Source: Yuukianura sp. NJ FZ-2021 (lineage: Eukaryota). From it: DNA of 64,000 nucleotides. The notes beneath the pieces were generated by a model. That model was not told the origin of the DNA, did no database searches, and was given only the letters and a program-made list of their open reading frames with translations. The position numbers and the translations under genes are program-made. How positions within the stretch are numbered: the first letter of the stretch is position 1; each line of letters opens with the position of its first letter. The stretch spans positions 9,920,001-9,984,000 of the forward strand of contig CM102287.1 of assembly GCA_046563655.1 (NCBI GenBank). The letters run 5' to 3'. This document shows positions 46,901 through 58,611 of this stretch, piece after piece.

Positions 46901-49900
46901 TTTTATAAAAAAAAATTTAATGCGAAGAATTTTTTTTTATATTTTAATTCGCGTTATAGTATAACGCGAAGAATATCCTGATATTTCTCGAGCAGACTGC
47001 TCGAAGAATATCCTGGTATTTCTCGAGCAGACTGCTCGAAGAATATCCTGGTATTTCTCGAGCAGACTGCTCGAAGAATATCCTGGTATTTCTCGAGCAG
47101 ACTGCTCGAGAATATCCTGGTATTTCTCGAGCAGACTGCTCGAAGAATATCCTGGTATTTCTCGAGCAGACTGCTCGAAGAATTATCCTGGCATTTCTCG
47201 AGCAGACTGCTCGAAGAATATCCTGGTATTTCTCGAGCAGACTGCTCGAGAATTATCCTAGTATTTTTCGAGCAGACTGCTCGAAGAATATCCTGGTATT
47301 TCTCGAGCAGACTGCTCGAGAATTATCCTAGTATTTTTCGAGCAGACTGCTCGAAGAATATCCTGGTATTTCTCGAGCAGACTGCTCGAAGAATATCCTG
47401 GTATTTCTCGAGCAGACTGCTCGAAGAATATCCTGGTATTTCTCGAGCAGACTGCTCGAAGAATATCCTGGTATTTCTCGAGCAGACTGCTCGAAGAATA
47501 TCCTGGTATTTCTCGAGCAGACTGCTCGAAGAATATCCTGGTATTTCTCGAGCAGACTGCTCGAAGAATATCCTGGTATTTCTCGAGCAGACTGCTCGAA
47601 GAATATCCTGGTATTTCTCGAGCAGACTGCTCGAAGAATATCCTGGTATTTCTCGAGCAGACTGCTCGAAGAATATCCTGGTATTTCTCGAGCAGACTGC
47701 TCGAAGAATATCCTGGTATTTCTCGAGCAGACTGCTCGAAGAATATCCTGGTATTTCTCGAGCAGACTGCTCGGAGAACATCCTGGTATTTCTCGAGCAG
47801 ACTGCTCGAAGAATATCCTGGTATTTCTCGAGCAGTCTGCTCGAGAAAAAACCGAAAAAATAATCATCTAGTAAATCACAGCTCTTTTGTTATTTTGGAC
47901 TTCTCTCGCTGCGTTATACGCCGATAAATAGGGTACAAGTTTTTGGCAAAAATTTCTTTAAAAAATTCCGAAAAAATTAAAAATTCCATAAAATTTTATG
48001 ATTCAAGAAATTTCAGCCTCCAAAATTTTTTTCAGTGATTCTGGATATTACCTCTACTGCAGCGATTTGATTCGAAGCCAAATTGAGTTCTTCCAGGAAC
48101 GGCAACTGGGAAAACAGTTTGGCCTGGACAGTTCGCAGCGCGTTGAAGCTCAAGTCAATGTACTGGATCGCTTTCAGCGATTGGCTAAACGCTTGAGCAT
48201 GAATAGAACTCAGATTATTTTTGGGTAAGTACAGCCTCTCCAAGTTATGGAGTCCAGTGAAACTCAAAGGGCCGAGCCATGACAACAAATTATTTCCCAA
48301 AAAGAGAATCGTGAGTGAACTTTGATTAGCAAAAGCCCCGTCGTCAATGACTTTAATTTGATTGTGTCCAAGCGACAGCGACGACAGTTCAGTCCCTGGA
48401 AGGCTCTCGGCCGACAGTCGCTCAAGGGCGTTTCTACTCAGACTTATATGTCTTAGGGTCTTCAGGCTGTCCAGCCCTTCGATGATACTGAGTCGGTTGT
48501 TTTCCAAGTACACCTCTTCCAGTACTGGCAGCACATCCAGTACTCCGGACAGTATCGTCGTGATTTCGTTATTTTGGAGTCTCAGTTCCCTTAAAGACTT
48601 GCAGTTATGAAATGTTCCTGGAACTATTTTGGAAAGGAGATTGCCATCCAAACTGAGTGAAGTCAGGAATTCATTGTACAAAAACAGATCTTGTGGAATG
48701 ACGCTCAAAAAGTTATCTGAAAGTCGAATTTCACTCAAATTTCGAAACGGACTAAACAATCCGGCTTCTACAAATCGAAGTGCGTTTTGTTGCAAGTAGA
48801 TGACTTGGACTTGACTTGATCCCTGAAAAGTCCCGGCTTGAAGATGAACCAAATTATTTCCATTTAGAAACACTTCTTTCAGTTCTGTTAGATTGTTAAA
48901 CACAATTTGAGGAATCGTGTGAATGTGATTGTTGCTTAAATCGATCGTAACAATGTGTGGAGTTGATCTGAAGATGAATTCCTTCAATTCCTGGATCTTA
49001 TTGTGACTCATGTCCAGAGATTCCAGAAAAGTTAGTCCAAAAAGAGCATCTTCTGACACAACCTCAAGTGAATTCAAATGAAGTGAAAGTGTTCTGAGGT
49101 TTCCCATTCTGGCAAAAGTGGCTCCATCTAGTTTCTTCAAGTAATTGGAGTTGAGGTTGAGGTGTCTGAGTAGTGGCCAGTCCAAGTCAGCATGACTTCG
49201 GGAAATGCTGGAACTACTGGCAGCATTTCCAGTATCTCCGACGAGTACTGACAGTTCGGAGAGCTCATTCCAGGCCAAGTTGAGCGTAGACAGGAGACGG
49301 AGACGCTTGAGTGCTAGGAATGGGAACAAGCGGAGTTTGTTTTCTGACATGTCAATGTCCATCAAAGTCTCCTCCAGGCCCCAGAAAGCGTGTTCAGACA
49401 CGTTCTCTAATTGATTCCCCTTCAACACGACCTCAAATTCAACAAAACGAAACGATTTCAGCAAAAAAATTTAAAAGATCCAATTTCGGATACTCCTGAT
49501 GCTTGGATTTGTCAGAGGTCAAAGGTCAAGGTCACTCTCGGGTCAAGCTCTATAGCTTACCTTCTGAAGCAGGATGTTGTGGAAACTGTACGGACCAAGT
49601 TCCTGGATTTGGTTTCCTTCAAAGTCAAGCTGAAACAAAAAATTTAAAAATTAATTAATTTAAAAAATAATAAAAAAATAAAATTAATTAATTAAATTAA
49701 CTAATTTTTAAAATTAAGTCCTCGTGATTTCCGTGCCACTTCCTTCTAACTGAACTATCAAAACTTTTTTTTATTAAAATTTTCTCCTAAAATTTTGACA
49801 AACGCCTAACTTTGATATGAATTGAAACACTTTTTTAATAATCGATTAACTTTTAGTCATGTTTTTAATTAATTAATTAAGATTAATTAACTTACGGTTT

Positions 49901-51576
49901 TGAGTCGTTTGAGTGTTGACAGAGTCGTTTGGGGAATAAATCTGAGCTTGGCCGAGATCACTGCAAGGCTCTCCAGACTCTTGGACAGTCCACGCAGACT
50001 CCGTTCGCCCAAATCCTCCAAGGACGAATGTGACAACTGGAAAATATAAATCAATTAGTTAATTGCAATTAAACTTTACTTTAACTAAACTTTTTCTTTG
50101 CTTCGGAGCTTTCAGAGAGGTCAAAGAACAATAAAGTAAGATGGACTTCCTGTAAGGTTAGGCCAAATTAGAATTAATGGAATGCCATTTAAGTTAACCA
50201 CGGGGGAAATAAATCAGAGAGAAAGTGGAGAAAGTGCCTCTTCCCACCACTCACACAATTAATTCCAGAAACTAATTACCTCACTTAATAAATTACTCCA
50301 ACCCTAATCCCTCTTTAACCATCTCTCACCTCTCTTCTACTTTTAATTATAACTACACAATTAATTATAATATCACAATTAATTACTAATTAAGTCCATC
50401 ATTTACTAAAAACAAGAATAAAAAGAATCGAAATCGGAAATGCAACTAAAAGCTTCCAAAAAAGTGACTGAGGAAAGAAAATCTTTGATTTGAACGGCGT
50501 TTAAGTTGAGCTTTTTGAATTTTATGAAAATATTATGAAATCTTGAAACTGTTTTTAAATTTTGGAAAACTTTTTTTTTCAATTGATTTTTCCGGGTTGT
50601 TGACCTTTGGTTTTGACACTAATGAAGAGCGGCTTTCGTAAAAACGGAAAACAAACAATACCTTTTTCCGTCAAAGTTGATTTAAATCAAACCCCGCACT
50701 TTGTTTTCTTCCAGAGAAAGGAAAAGATGCTGGTGGCTATATGGTTAAGGTTCACCTTAACAAAAAGGGTAGTCAGGGTTCGAATCCTCCAAGCAGGAAC
50801 GTTCCGCTTGAAGCTTCACGAGAGAAAAACGTCAGTTTCAATCAAATCCTGAAACCTTTCTCCTAATTTATAGGATTCTACAATCATAGAATTCCTAAAA
50901 AAGTTGTTAACCCAAACCCAACGGGTTTTAGACAAAAACCTTCCAGAAAGTTGACTGAGGCGCCATTTTGAAAATGTCAACTCAAATTTCGATTCTGGAG
51001 GAACTGGGAGAGGGGTGCACTTCATCTGCATAACAAGATTAACTTTCTCCACTTTTAGCCCCGGGGCAAACATTTTCAAATTAACCTTACAATTTTTCGA
51101 AAACTACTTTTTGAAAATGATTTCTTGGAAATGTCAAAGTGTGGCGTTTGGGAACAGTCCCGCCCCATCTTTAAAGAATGGGGCCTGATAGCTCAAGGGT
51201 TAGAGTGCTTCCTGGATAGAAGAGATGTGGGTTCGAATCACACTCGGTGCATTATTTTTAAGATCAAGATACTTACCGAAAAGTGGAGAATTGGCGATGT
51301 TACGTTGTCTGTGAGTCCGTTGGGCAGCACTGTAGCTCGACTATCAAGGTCGTAGACGCTGAAACTCTTGACTGGACCGTTGAGCACCGTCAGCGATTTT
51401 TCCAGCGTCTGAATATCATTTCCAGAGCACTGGAGATGCAACTGATCGTCCAGCACAAAACAGGAACAAAACGGGATTTCAGTGTACGATGGACAACTGA
51501 TTTCTGCAACTCCGAGAGTCATTTGGTGGGCCAACAGAACCACCAAAATCAAAATTGGCGCCACGTGAGGTGACAT
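34931..51576 (-). CDS. Large type-I membrane protein: signal peptide, LRRNT, many LRRs, LRRCT, FN3, TM, short tail (~1419 aa; chaoptin/artichoke-like LRR class)
   Basis: Exons 51576-51277, 50036-49896, 49629-49561, 49431-48052, 46643-45426, 42274-42040, 37635-37430, 35848-35555, 35473-35312, 35185-34931 join in frame (4260 nt); LxxLxLxxN repeats, ENPLSCDC..FWEWL (LRRCT), LEPDTPYLVCVLG (FN3), TM MGVLVGAVVGLVVFVIFVTTLACV followed by KVRKRRR. Confidence 0.9.
39588..39638 (+). repeat. (CCT)n microsatellite
   Basis: cctccctccctcctccctcctcctcctcctcctcctcctcctcct. Confidence 0.9.
45187..45358. mobile_element. MITE with ~55-bp terminal inverted repeats (PIF/Harbinger-like)
   Basis: AGCCCAATTTATACTTTTCGTTTCCCTGTCGTTTCCCGGGCAAAAGTTTGTCGTAG ... 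CTACGACAAACTTTTGCCCGGGAAACGCCAGGGAAACGAAAAGTATAAATTGGGCT, flanked by AAA on both sides. Confidence 0.8.
46832..46887. mobile_element. Nested ~56-bp deletion derivative of the hAT MITE
   Basis: AGTGTTG...TGGACGAAACGTCAAAAAGTGGATATCCAC.AACAC matches the right end of 33039-33194; 8-bp flanks CCTAGGAA / CCCAGGAA. Confidence 0.6.
46968..47845. repeat. 35-bp minisatellite, ~25 near-identical copies, each with a hairpin
   Basis: Unit GAAGAATATCCTGGTATTTCTCGAGCAGACTGCTC; TCGAGCAG-A-CTGCTCGA is an 8-bp inverted repeat; no spacers. Confidence 0.97.
50729..50797 (+). other. Degenerate tRNA-like/SINE-head element
   Basis: A-box-like TGGCTATATGGT and B-box GGTTCGAATCC at tRNA-like spacing. Confidence 0.4.
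51180..51251 (+). other. tRNA-like element (pseudo-tRNA or SINE head)
   Basis: TAGCTCAAGGGTTAGAG (D arm/A box) and GTGGGTTCGAATCACAC (T arm/B box); acceptor and anticodon stems imperfect. Confidence 0.5.
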
Positions 51577-54500
51577 TTTTCGCACTTTCACTTTTTTACC
51601 AGCAGAGGAAATGCATTTCCTCAACAGGTGAGGAAAGTTTTAAATTTCAACGCTTTCACAGGAAAAAGTGCATGAAAAGTTAAAGTGACTGACACTTTTC
51701 ACTTTCTGAAAAGAAAACTTCCTGCGTTTAGAATATTAGAAAAAATTGTTCTCTTCCCTTCACATATCCAGTTCCAGACGTTTATTGGGCGCCTTTTTTT
51801 AACTTTTTTTTTTTCGAAAAGTTCGTTTTTTCAAAAAATGCAACCACTGGTGAGCCCATCCATCTTCTTCTTTCTCCAAAATAAGGTAAGGCTCAAGCCA
51901 GATTCTGATTGATCGCTGAAACACTGCAAGCGAGGAAACGGCTTCTGAAATGTAAAAAAAACGAGATTTTGTTTTAGAAAAAACGAGAAAGAGATTTGGA
52001 ATTTTTAAATTGACAAAAATCCAATTCTGGTATGACACAAACGGATTGAGCGAGGGGATGAATAGCGGAGTTTCAGATTTTAAAAAAATTCAAAAGCGGG
52101 CTTTTGTCTCCTCCGTTTTTGAAATTTTTCCAAAGAAGGGCTTTGTTTTTTGAAAAACTGGAAGTTCGTTTTGAAAAAGTGGTAGTTTCTGAACACAGTG
52201 GGGCCCATTAATCTCGTTTTGTTGTGGAACAATAAGCTTCTACTGCAGTTGTTGACTTTTTTTGAAAAAAGAAATAAGCTGTGCCAAGTGTCTCTCGCTT
52301 TCACTTTCCCGCTTCTTACTGGACAGGGATTAATGAAAGTTAGAACAAAAACACCAAATTACGATGAAAGTTCGCAATTTTGAAACCCAAAATTTTATAT
52401 AAACAAAAATGAACCAAAAATATTCCTTTTCTTTCGTAAATCACCATAGTTCACAACAAACCTTGACAGTGATCAAAAAGTGTCGAAGTTGAGAGTATTA
52501 AAGAAAATAGACAGCGTCTAAATCAGAAAATTTGACACTTTTTGAAAATTTCCGTCCTTCTAGGAATCAATGAAGGCCGACTCTCAAAAAACATGTTTTA
52601 ATTACTTGTTGTTTTGAAAAACCAAAATTTCAAGGGCACTGGAGCCCTTAAGTCGCCGTTCTTAAGGGGCTCTTGGCGGCTGGCTTTTGTTTTAAAATTA
52701 AGACGCCTTTTCCAAAACAATTAAAAGACTAAAAGAGATGCAGACAGACTTTCAAAGGGCCCTTAGTTTTTCCTGGGATTGTCGTGACCCTTGACCTTGA
52801 GTCAAAGGCTATCGAAGGGCCCCTGAGTCAAGGGCTATCGAAGGGCCCTTGATAAAGGGAAGTGACAGGATGTGGCTCATCTGTCACTTGTCACGTCCCT
52901 TCAAAACAGGAACATAACTATGGGAAAATATCATCCACTTCTGTGTTATCGAAATGAATGGGAGCAACAGTTGTCATCTAACGATAGAAACACTGAAGTA
53001 TCTTCTGAAGTGACCTCGTGACCCCTTGACCTCATCACTAAAGGTCATCTTCATAGTTTCAGAAAAACTACTCTTCTCAAAGTTCTGAAATGATAAAAAC
53101 GAAAGTGGAAGTTCTAGAAAAGTTGAGAAGAAAATTTTCTCAATTTAATTTCATCCGTCGGCGTCTTCCGCTTTTCCAATTTCCCGCGCGTCACTTTCAC
53201 TCTCACCACAAAACTTAATTTTCTCCCAAAAATCATTAACCCATCAACTGTAGCCCACGAAACATAACCTAAAACGTAACCTTAACCTAATCTTTACCTT
53301 AACCTATTCCTTAGCCTACTCTAACCTTAACCTAACATCCACATGCAAGCAATATCGTCCAAATAACAAACTAAAAGCTCAACTTTCTAAAAAATTTGGG
53401 CAGAAATCTTTTTTTTTTCAACGAGTGCTTTCACCTTTCATTTTTGTGTCAGTAATTCTTCCGCAAAATTCAAAATTCTCGCAACTCTTTTCGAAAATTC
53501 TTTCCTTTGATTTTTTCTTTTTGAAAATTCAAATGACGGTAGGAAGAAAGGACGAGAAATTCTTTTTTTCAAAGAGATTTCGTTTCGCGGCGGGCATTTT
53601 CTTCTCCAGAAGTGGTTTTTCTCCAGGAGTTCCAGGAAGAAGAAAAGAATGCCACAAGATTTTGAAAAGAAAAAAGAGCGGGCATTTGCGGCCTTTCATG
53701 TTCTCTGTTCACAAAAGACGAGAAAGAAAGGAAACCTCATGCATAGGGAACTTTCTTCACTTTCTCCAGCACTTTCTCCAGCATTTCCAGGACTACTGGA
53801 ACTACTGGAGTGGTTGGTCCATCCTCAAACTTAGTTTGATGATGAGAAATGAATTCGGGTTGTTCCACAAAGTCTTAGATCTTGAGCCAGGAAGGAGCAG
53901 AACACAAAATTCCCAGGGAAATGCCGCACTCTCTTGGGAGCGGCTCCACTTTCACTTTGTTTGCTCTTCAGCAGCATTTTGAGTGAAGAAAATACTGGAG
54001 CAGCAGCTAGCTTGTTGGACCATAGCTAGGTCCAACATAATCGTCCATACTTTATATCTTGCTTTTACTTTTTTTACTTTTACTTTTGGAGAATATGCCA
54101 ATTTCGACTGTGCAGAGGAAGAAAGCGTTGAATGTAAATAAGGAAAGCAATAAAGCGAAATTTAATATTACGGAAAAGAGCGAGGAAGAGAAAGGAGATA
54201 GAAACGGAGTGTATTAATAATTATGAAATCCACCTCAAGACTTTTTCTTCTTCCTCGGAGAAAGTTGGCGGGAAATTAAATTTCTTTTTTCAAATTTCAA
54301 AAACCGAAAAATTTCCTTCCCGCATTCATTTCCGCCGGCCACAATCACTCTCTGCGCTCTTTTACTCGTGAAGCAGGAATCTCCAGAAGCTTTTTTTGGA
54401 AGTCTAAATTTTTCCTTGGTCTAAAAATATTTTTGAAAAGAGAAATCTTTTCTTTTCAAAAGATGAGGAAAACTCGTTTTTCCGCTCAGATTCACATCTT

Positions 54501-55224
54501 CCACAAATTATTCACTTGAATAGACAAATATTTCAAAAGAGAAGAATTTTGTAGCAAAGAACAAGCAGCCTAAATAAAAATTGAACAATTTCAGTTTCTT
54601 TTTGTGCTTTAAAATAAACATGAGCTCAAATGTTTTTTTATTTTTGAGAAGAAAACGAATTTAAATTGAAAAAGTGGCAAACAATCTGTTTTTGCTTTTC
54701 CTTTTAAAAGTGCAGAAGAAAGTGGGTTAGGGTTTGCGGAAAAATTGAAGGCTTTTGAGTCGGAATGGGATTGAAAGTGGCATTTTTTTTCATTTTTTGA
54801 GCCAAAGTTTGAATTTGTGTTGAAATGGTAAAAAAAACTGACGTCTTTGGAATGTGGAACTGCTGTCTAGCGTCTCAAGTCTCTTCTGTAGTCTGTCTAA
54901 AGTGGCTCTCCCAAGGAGAAAGTCAACACTTTTATGCAAAAAGTGGCAATAACGTAGAGAGAAAGTAAACTGGGAGAATGCTTTCTCATGGGAACCTTCA
55001 CTCCGCATCCTCCCTCCTCCTCCTCCTCCACTTCATTCAACCTCATTTCCGACTCCCGTTTGCACAACTACCACTCAACACTTTCCCAAATGACCTCTTC
55101 CTCACTCCTTTCCAACTGTAATTACACTTACCTCAGCTAAAATAACACGAAAGGTCAAACATAACGAGAAACTTATGGTAAAAAGTCGGTCGAAGTAGTC
55201 TCGGGTTAGCTGGAAACAAAAAAG

Positions 55225-55700
55225 CAGCTGATCAGCTGAACCTGTCGAGGATCGGCTGCCGAACCACAAACATTTGCCGATCAGCTGACTGAAATTGTCT
55301 GCGATCAGCTGACTAGCTAAAGGCATGCTGTTCATCTGTCTAACTGAGTTGATCAGCTGATCAACTGAAACTGTCCAACAAAAGTTTTTTTGCGATCAGT
55401 TTTCTAACTAAGTCTGCGATAAGCTATTCAGCTGAAGTTCTACGCGATTAGCTGATCAGCTGAAACTGTCTAACGGAAGTTATCTGCGACCAGCTGTCTA
55501 ACTAAGGCTGCGATAAGCTATCCAGCTGAAGTTCTACGCAATCAGCTGATCAGCTGAAACTGTCTAACGGAAGTTATCTGCGATCAACTGTCCAACTAAG
55601 TCTGCAATCAGCTGTCCAGCTGCATTTTTTGCTGAAGTTGTCGCCAGCTAGCAAACCAGCTACGTTGTGCACGGGTAGCAAAACTAGCTGAAGTTGTGGC
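55225..55700. repeat. ~95-bp tandem repeat rich in CAGCTG (E-box) / CAGCTGATCAGCTG palindromes
   Basis: Units begin near 55351, 55446 and 55540 (gatcagctgatcagctgaaactgtc...gaagttctacgc) with degenerate flanks. Confidence 0.85.
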
Positions 55701-58544
55701 CGGTGGGCTGACGAGCTCGATTTTGACTCATTAAGGTGAACCTTCTATCGTTCTCAATCACTTCAAATGAAAGTCACGTTAATCGGATTGAACAAACCGA
55801 AAGTTGACTAATTTCGAGTGTTTGAATTCTTTTGAACTCTTTTCCCTCCAAAACTAACTTCAACCGTCGGTGAAGTTTAAATTTCTGGATTTCCCTTTTC
55901 GTTTGAGTTTAATCTGCCTGGAAAGTTGGTGATTAAAAATGGATGTGCGACTGTCTGGGAAAAAGAGTGGAACTTTTAAATTTCCCTTTGAAAAAGAAAC
56001 TCTAGCTCGTTTTTGGAGCAGCTCAAAGAGGCTCAATCAACCACCACTTCCTTTTATCTCTCGCTAATGGACCTGAGTGGATCCACTTCAAGCTGTCCTC
56101 GTCTCCGAACCCTCTTGACCCGCCAATTTCAAATTTTCCAAAAAAAAAAAATTCAAAAAACTACTTCCAGATACAAAAACACACAAAGTGTACCCTGGAT
56201 AGAAAGAAAAACAGAAGCTTTAACCCTGGATACCAAAATTCAGAGTTTTAGCGTCCCCCTCTGCCTGTTTTTTTTTTGTTTTAACGGAAGGAAGTTAGTT
56301 TTTCTAAAAACCCCGTTTGAACAGCTTCTCTTTTTTAAAAAAGGAGAAACAGTTCATTCAATTTCAAATCAGTTTCGCCCTTCGCTCCACAGTTCATGAA
56401 CTTCTCTTCACTTTCTTGTCTACAATTGGATTTGTACTGAACAACCTCAACTGCATCTCACGACTTTTTGTATCTCCGTGTCTGTTTGAACCCAGAGTCG
56501 TAAACATTTCAACAAAAACGCTTTCATAAAAAACTGAATGAATTCACACATCCAGAAAAGTCCATTCATTCACTTCAAAAGCACACTAAATCTCTGAATT
56601 GTCAGATACTCCTCCTCGTGACAAATTTTAATTTAATTTTCTCTTTCATAAATTTATCAAAGTTGTAAACAAGTTTAACCAAGCAGCGAAAGTGTGCTGA
56701 ATAGGATCTACCAAGGTTCGTAAACAAAAAAAAATGTTTTTTTCTACACCAGGTTGTTCAATAACTCGATGTTTTTTTTCCATTGTGTTAAAAAATTTGA
56801 AAATTTTTTTCCCATGTAAATATTTTTATGTAACGCAATTGGAGGATTAGGGGAAAAAAATAATTTGAAGCAATTTTTTTTTGCAAACCTCGAGTTATTG
56901 TACGACCTATTGTAGGAAATACTATTCGGTTGTCAAGGAACCTTGGGATGGACTAAATCTCGGAATTGTCAGATACTTTCTCTTGAAAATCAAAAATAAA
57001 TAAATAAATACTTATCACTTAAAACGTAAATCACAGTGTAACTAAGCTAGACCGAATGTTTATAAAGTAAAAATGTTATCGAAATTTTTCTTTTTGAGTT
57101 TTTTCTTCCTTTTTGTGAAATATTTTGTAAAAGTTTAGGTAAAGAGAAAGTTTTGTGTGAGTTTTGTTGGGAAGATTTTGGTATTATCTTAAAGATGGAA
57201 GTTGTAATTTTGGAAGTTGCCTCTTCCACTTTGTTCTTATCTTTATTCTTTATACTGGTTCATTTCCAATGTAAATTCCACTCTCTCCGTAGGGAAAGTG
57301 TCTTCCTCAAAAGCTCATCTCCTGCCATCATCAAATTTCTCTTACAAACCCACCTTCAAAATGAAAATCTCTCCCGAACTGTACTTTCTGCTGACTCAAC
57401 TTTCTTTTAAAAGTGGTGGTGGAGGGAGTAACTATTCCTCAGAACTCACCGTTTCCTTATTCCATCAGATCCAATTTCAATTCAAAGAGAATGGAAAAAG
57501 GGGATAGACTTTTCCTCAGAAGTGTCAAATTTTCTCCTTTTAGACTTCCCCTATAAAACTTCACTGTGACAATTAAATTTTCTAATTTCCAGAGACAGAG
57601 TTAAATTCAGTTTATTTTGAGCGGGCGGGAAAATTTGAAATTCAAAAATGAAAGTGAAAGTTCTTGTTGCTGTTCTGCTGTAGTAAAAGCGCGCCAAAAG
57701 CGCGCGACTGTTGAGAGGAAAAGGAGTAAAGGAATTTGCCCTTGTCTGACAAAGTGCACTCCATTAATCTTTTGTCTTCTCTCTCTCTTCTCTGCAAAAA
57801 AAAAAGTTTAAAGCCCTACATTCTTTTGTTTTTAGGCTAAAAAAGAGTAAAGAGGCAACAAAAATCTAGAATTTCCTAAAAACTCGCGATTTTCGGATTT
57901 TCTAAGACAGAAAAACGGAATTCGAGACTTTCTCTTTGAATTTTTCTTAAGGAAGAAAGTGACCAAAACGAAACTGGCAATTTGCCAAAAGTTTTAAAAA
58001 GGGCAATAAACTCTTGATTTTAGTCAGTTGCTGAACTGACTATTTCTGAAACTGGGTCAGACCAAAAGGCAGACAAGGCCGAAACTGTCAGACTCTGAAA
58101 GAAAAACGGAAGTCAGACAATTAGTGAGGTCCCGGTCAAGTAAAAAGACGCCGGTTTTCAAGAAAAGAACAAAAATTGCGTAGAACTTGAATTTAAAGTA
58201 GCGCTGACAGTGAAACAAATTTCTCATTTTTTAAAGACTTTTTTTGAAACATGCTGTACATTTGTGTTTAAGTACAGAGTGTTCCGGACAAAAGGCTTTG
58301 AATGCTGGTGTATGATTAATGTGTTGTTGTGCCTGAAGCAAAGTTGTGACAACAATTAAGCGCTAATTTCCTCTTCATTTTTAAAATGCACAACAGGAGT
58401 CCTTCCAGGAAAAAACGAGGTACATCCCAATTAGTCTTATGATTTATGACAAGTCAAAGCAACAATAGACGCTCATCAAAACACTTTTTCAACAATCAAC
58501 ATTTCAAACAACTTCTGATTGTTCAAAAACTACTTTTAAAAAAA

Positions 58545-58611
58545 GCCGGGGAGTGGGATTCGAACCCACAACTACAGTTACAGGGTAATCGCTCTCACCA
58601 TTGAGCTACAC
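58545..58611 (-). other. tRNA-like element (pseudo-tRNA or SINE head)
   Basis: Reverse strand GTGTAGCTCAATGGTGAGAGCG...GTGGGTTCGAATCCCAC: good A and B boxes and D/T stems, poor anticodon and acceptor stems. Confidence 0.55.

Larger units (their letters stand above)
46750..47933. mobile_element. Tc1/mariner-superfamily (pogo/Tc2-like) non-autonomous element with TA TSD
   Basis: TA|CCCTATTTATCTGCGTATA ... TATACGCCGATAAATAGGG|TA (19-bp TIR, one mismatch); internal palindrome TTCGCGTTATA-G-TATAACGCGAA at ~46948. Confidence 0.8.

Noticed and set aside
46968..47845. CRISPR array (35-bp palindromic repeats)
   Set aside because: Units are directly adjacent with no unique spacers, there are no cas genes, and the context is a eukaryotic intron; it is a minisatellite.
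47323..47867. ORFs of 152 and 179 aa in the repeat
   Set aside because: Artefacts of a stop-free 35-bp tandem repeat cycling through reading frames.
49431..49434. Non-canonical splicing system
   Set aside because: This acceptor is GAG and several others are AAG, but all introns I traced are GT..AG; not enough evidence for an unusual spliceosome.
51180..51251. Functional tRNA gene
   Set aside because: Acceptor and anticodon stems do not pair cleanly, so no anticodon can be assigned; kept only as tRNA-like.
53425..53982. 185-aa ORF
   Set aside because: Phe/Lys-rich low-complexity translation of A/T tracts, non-ATG start, no domain.
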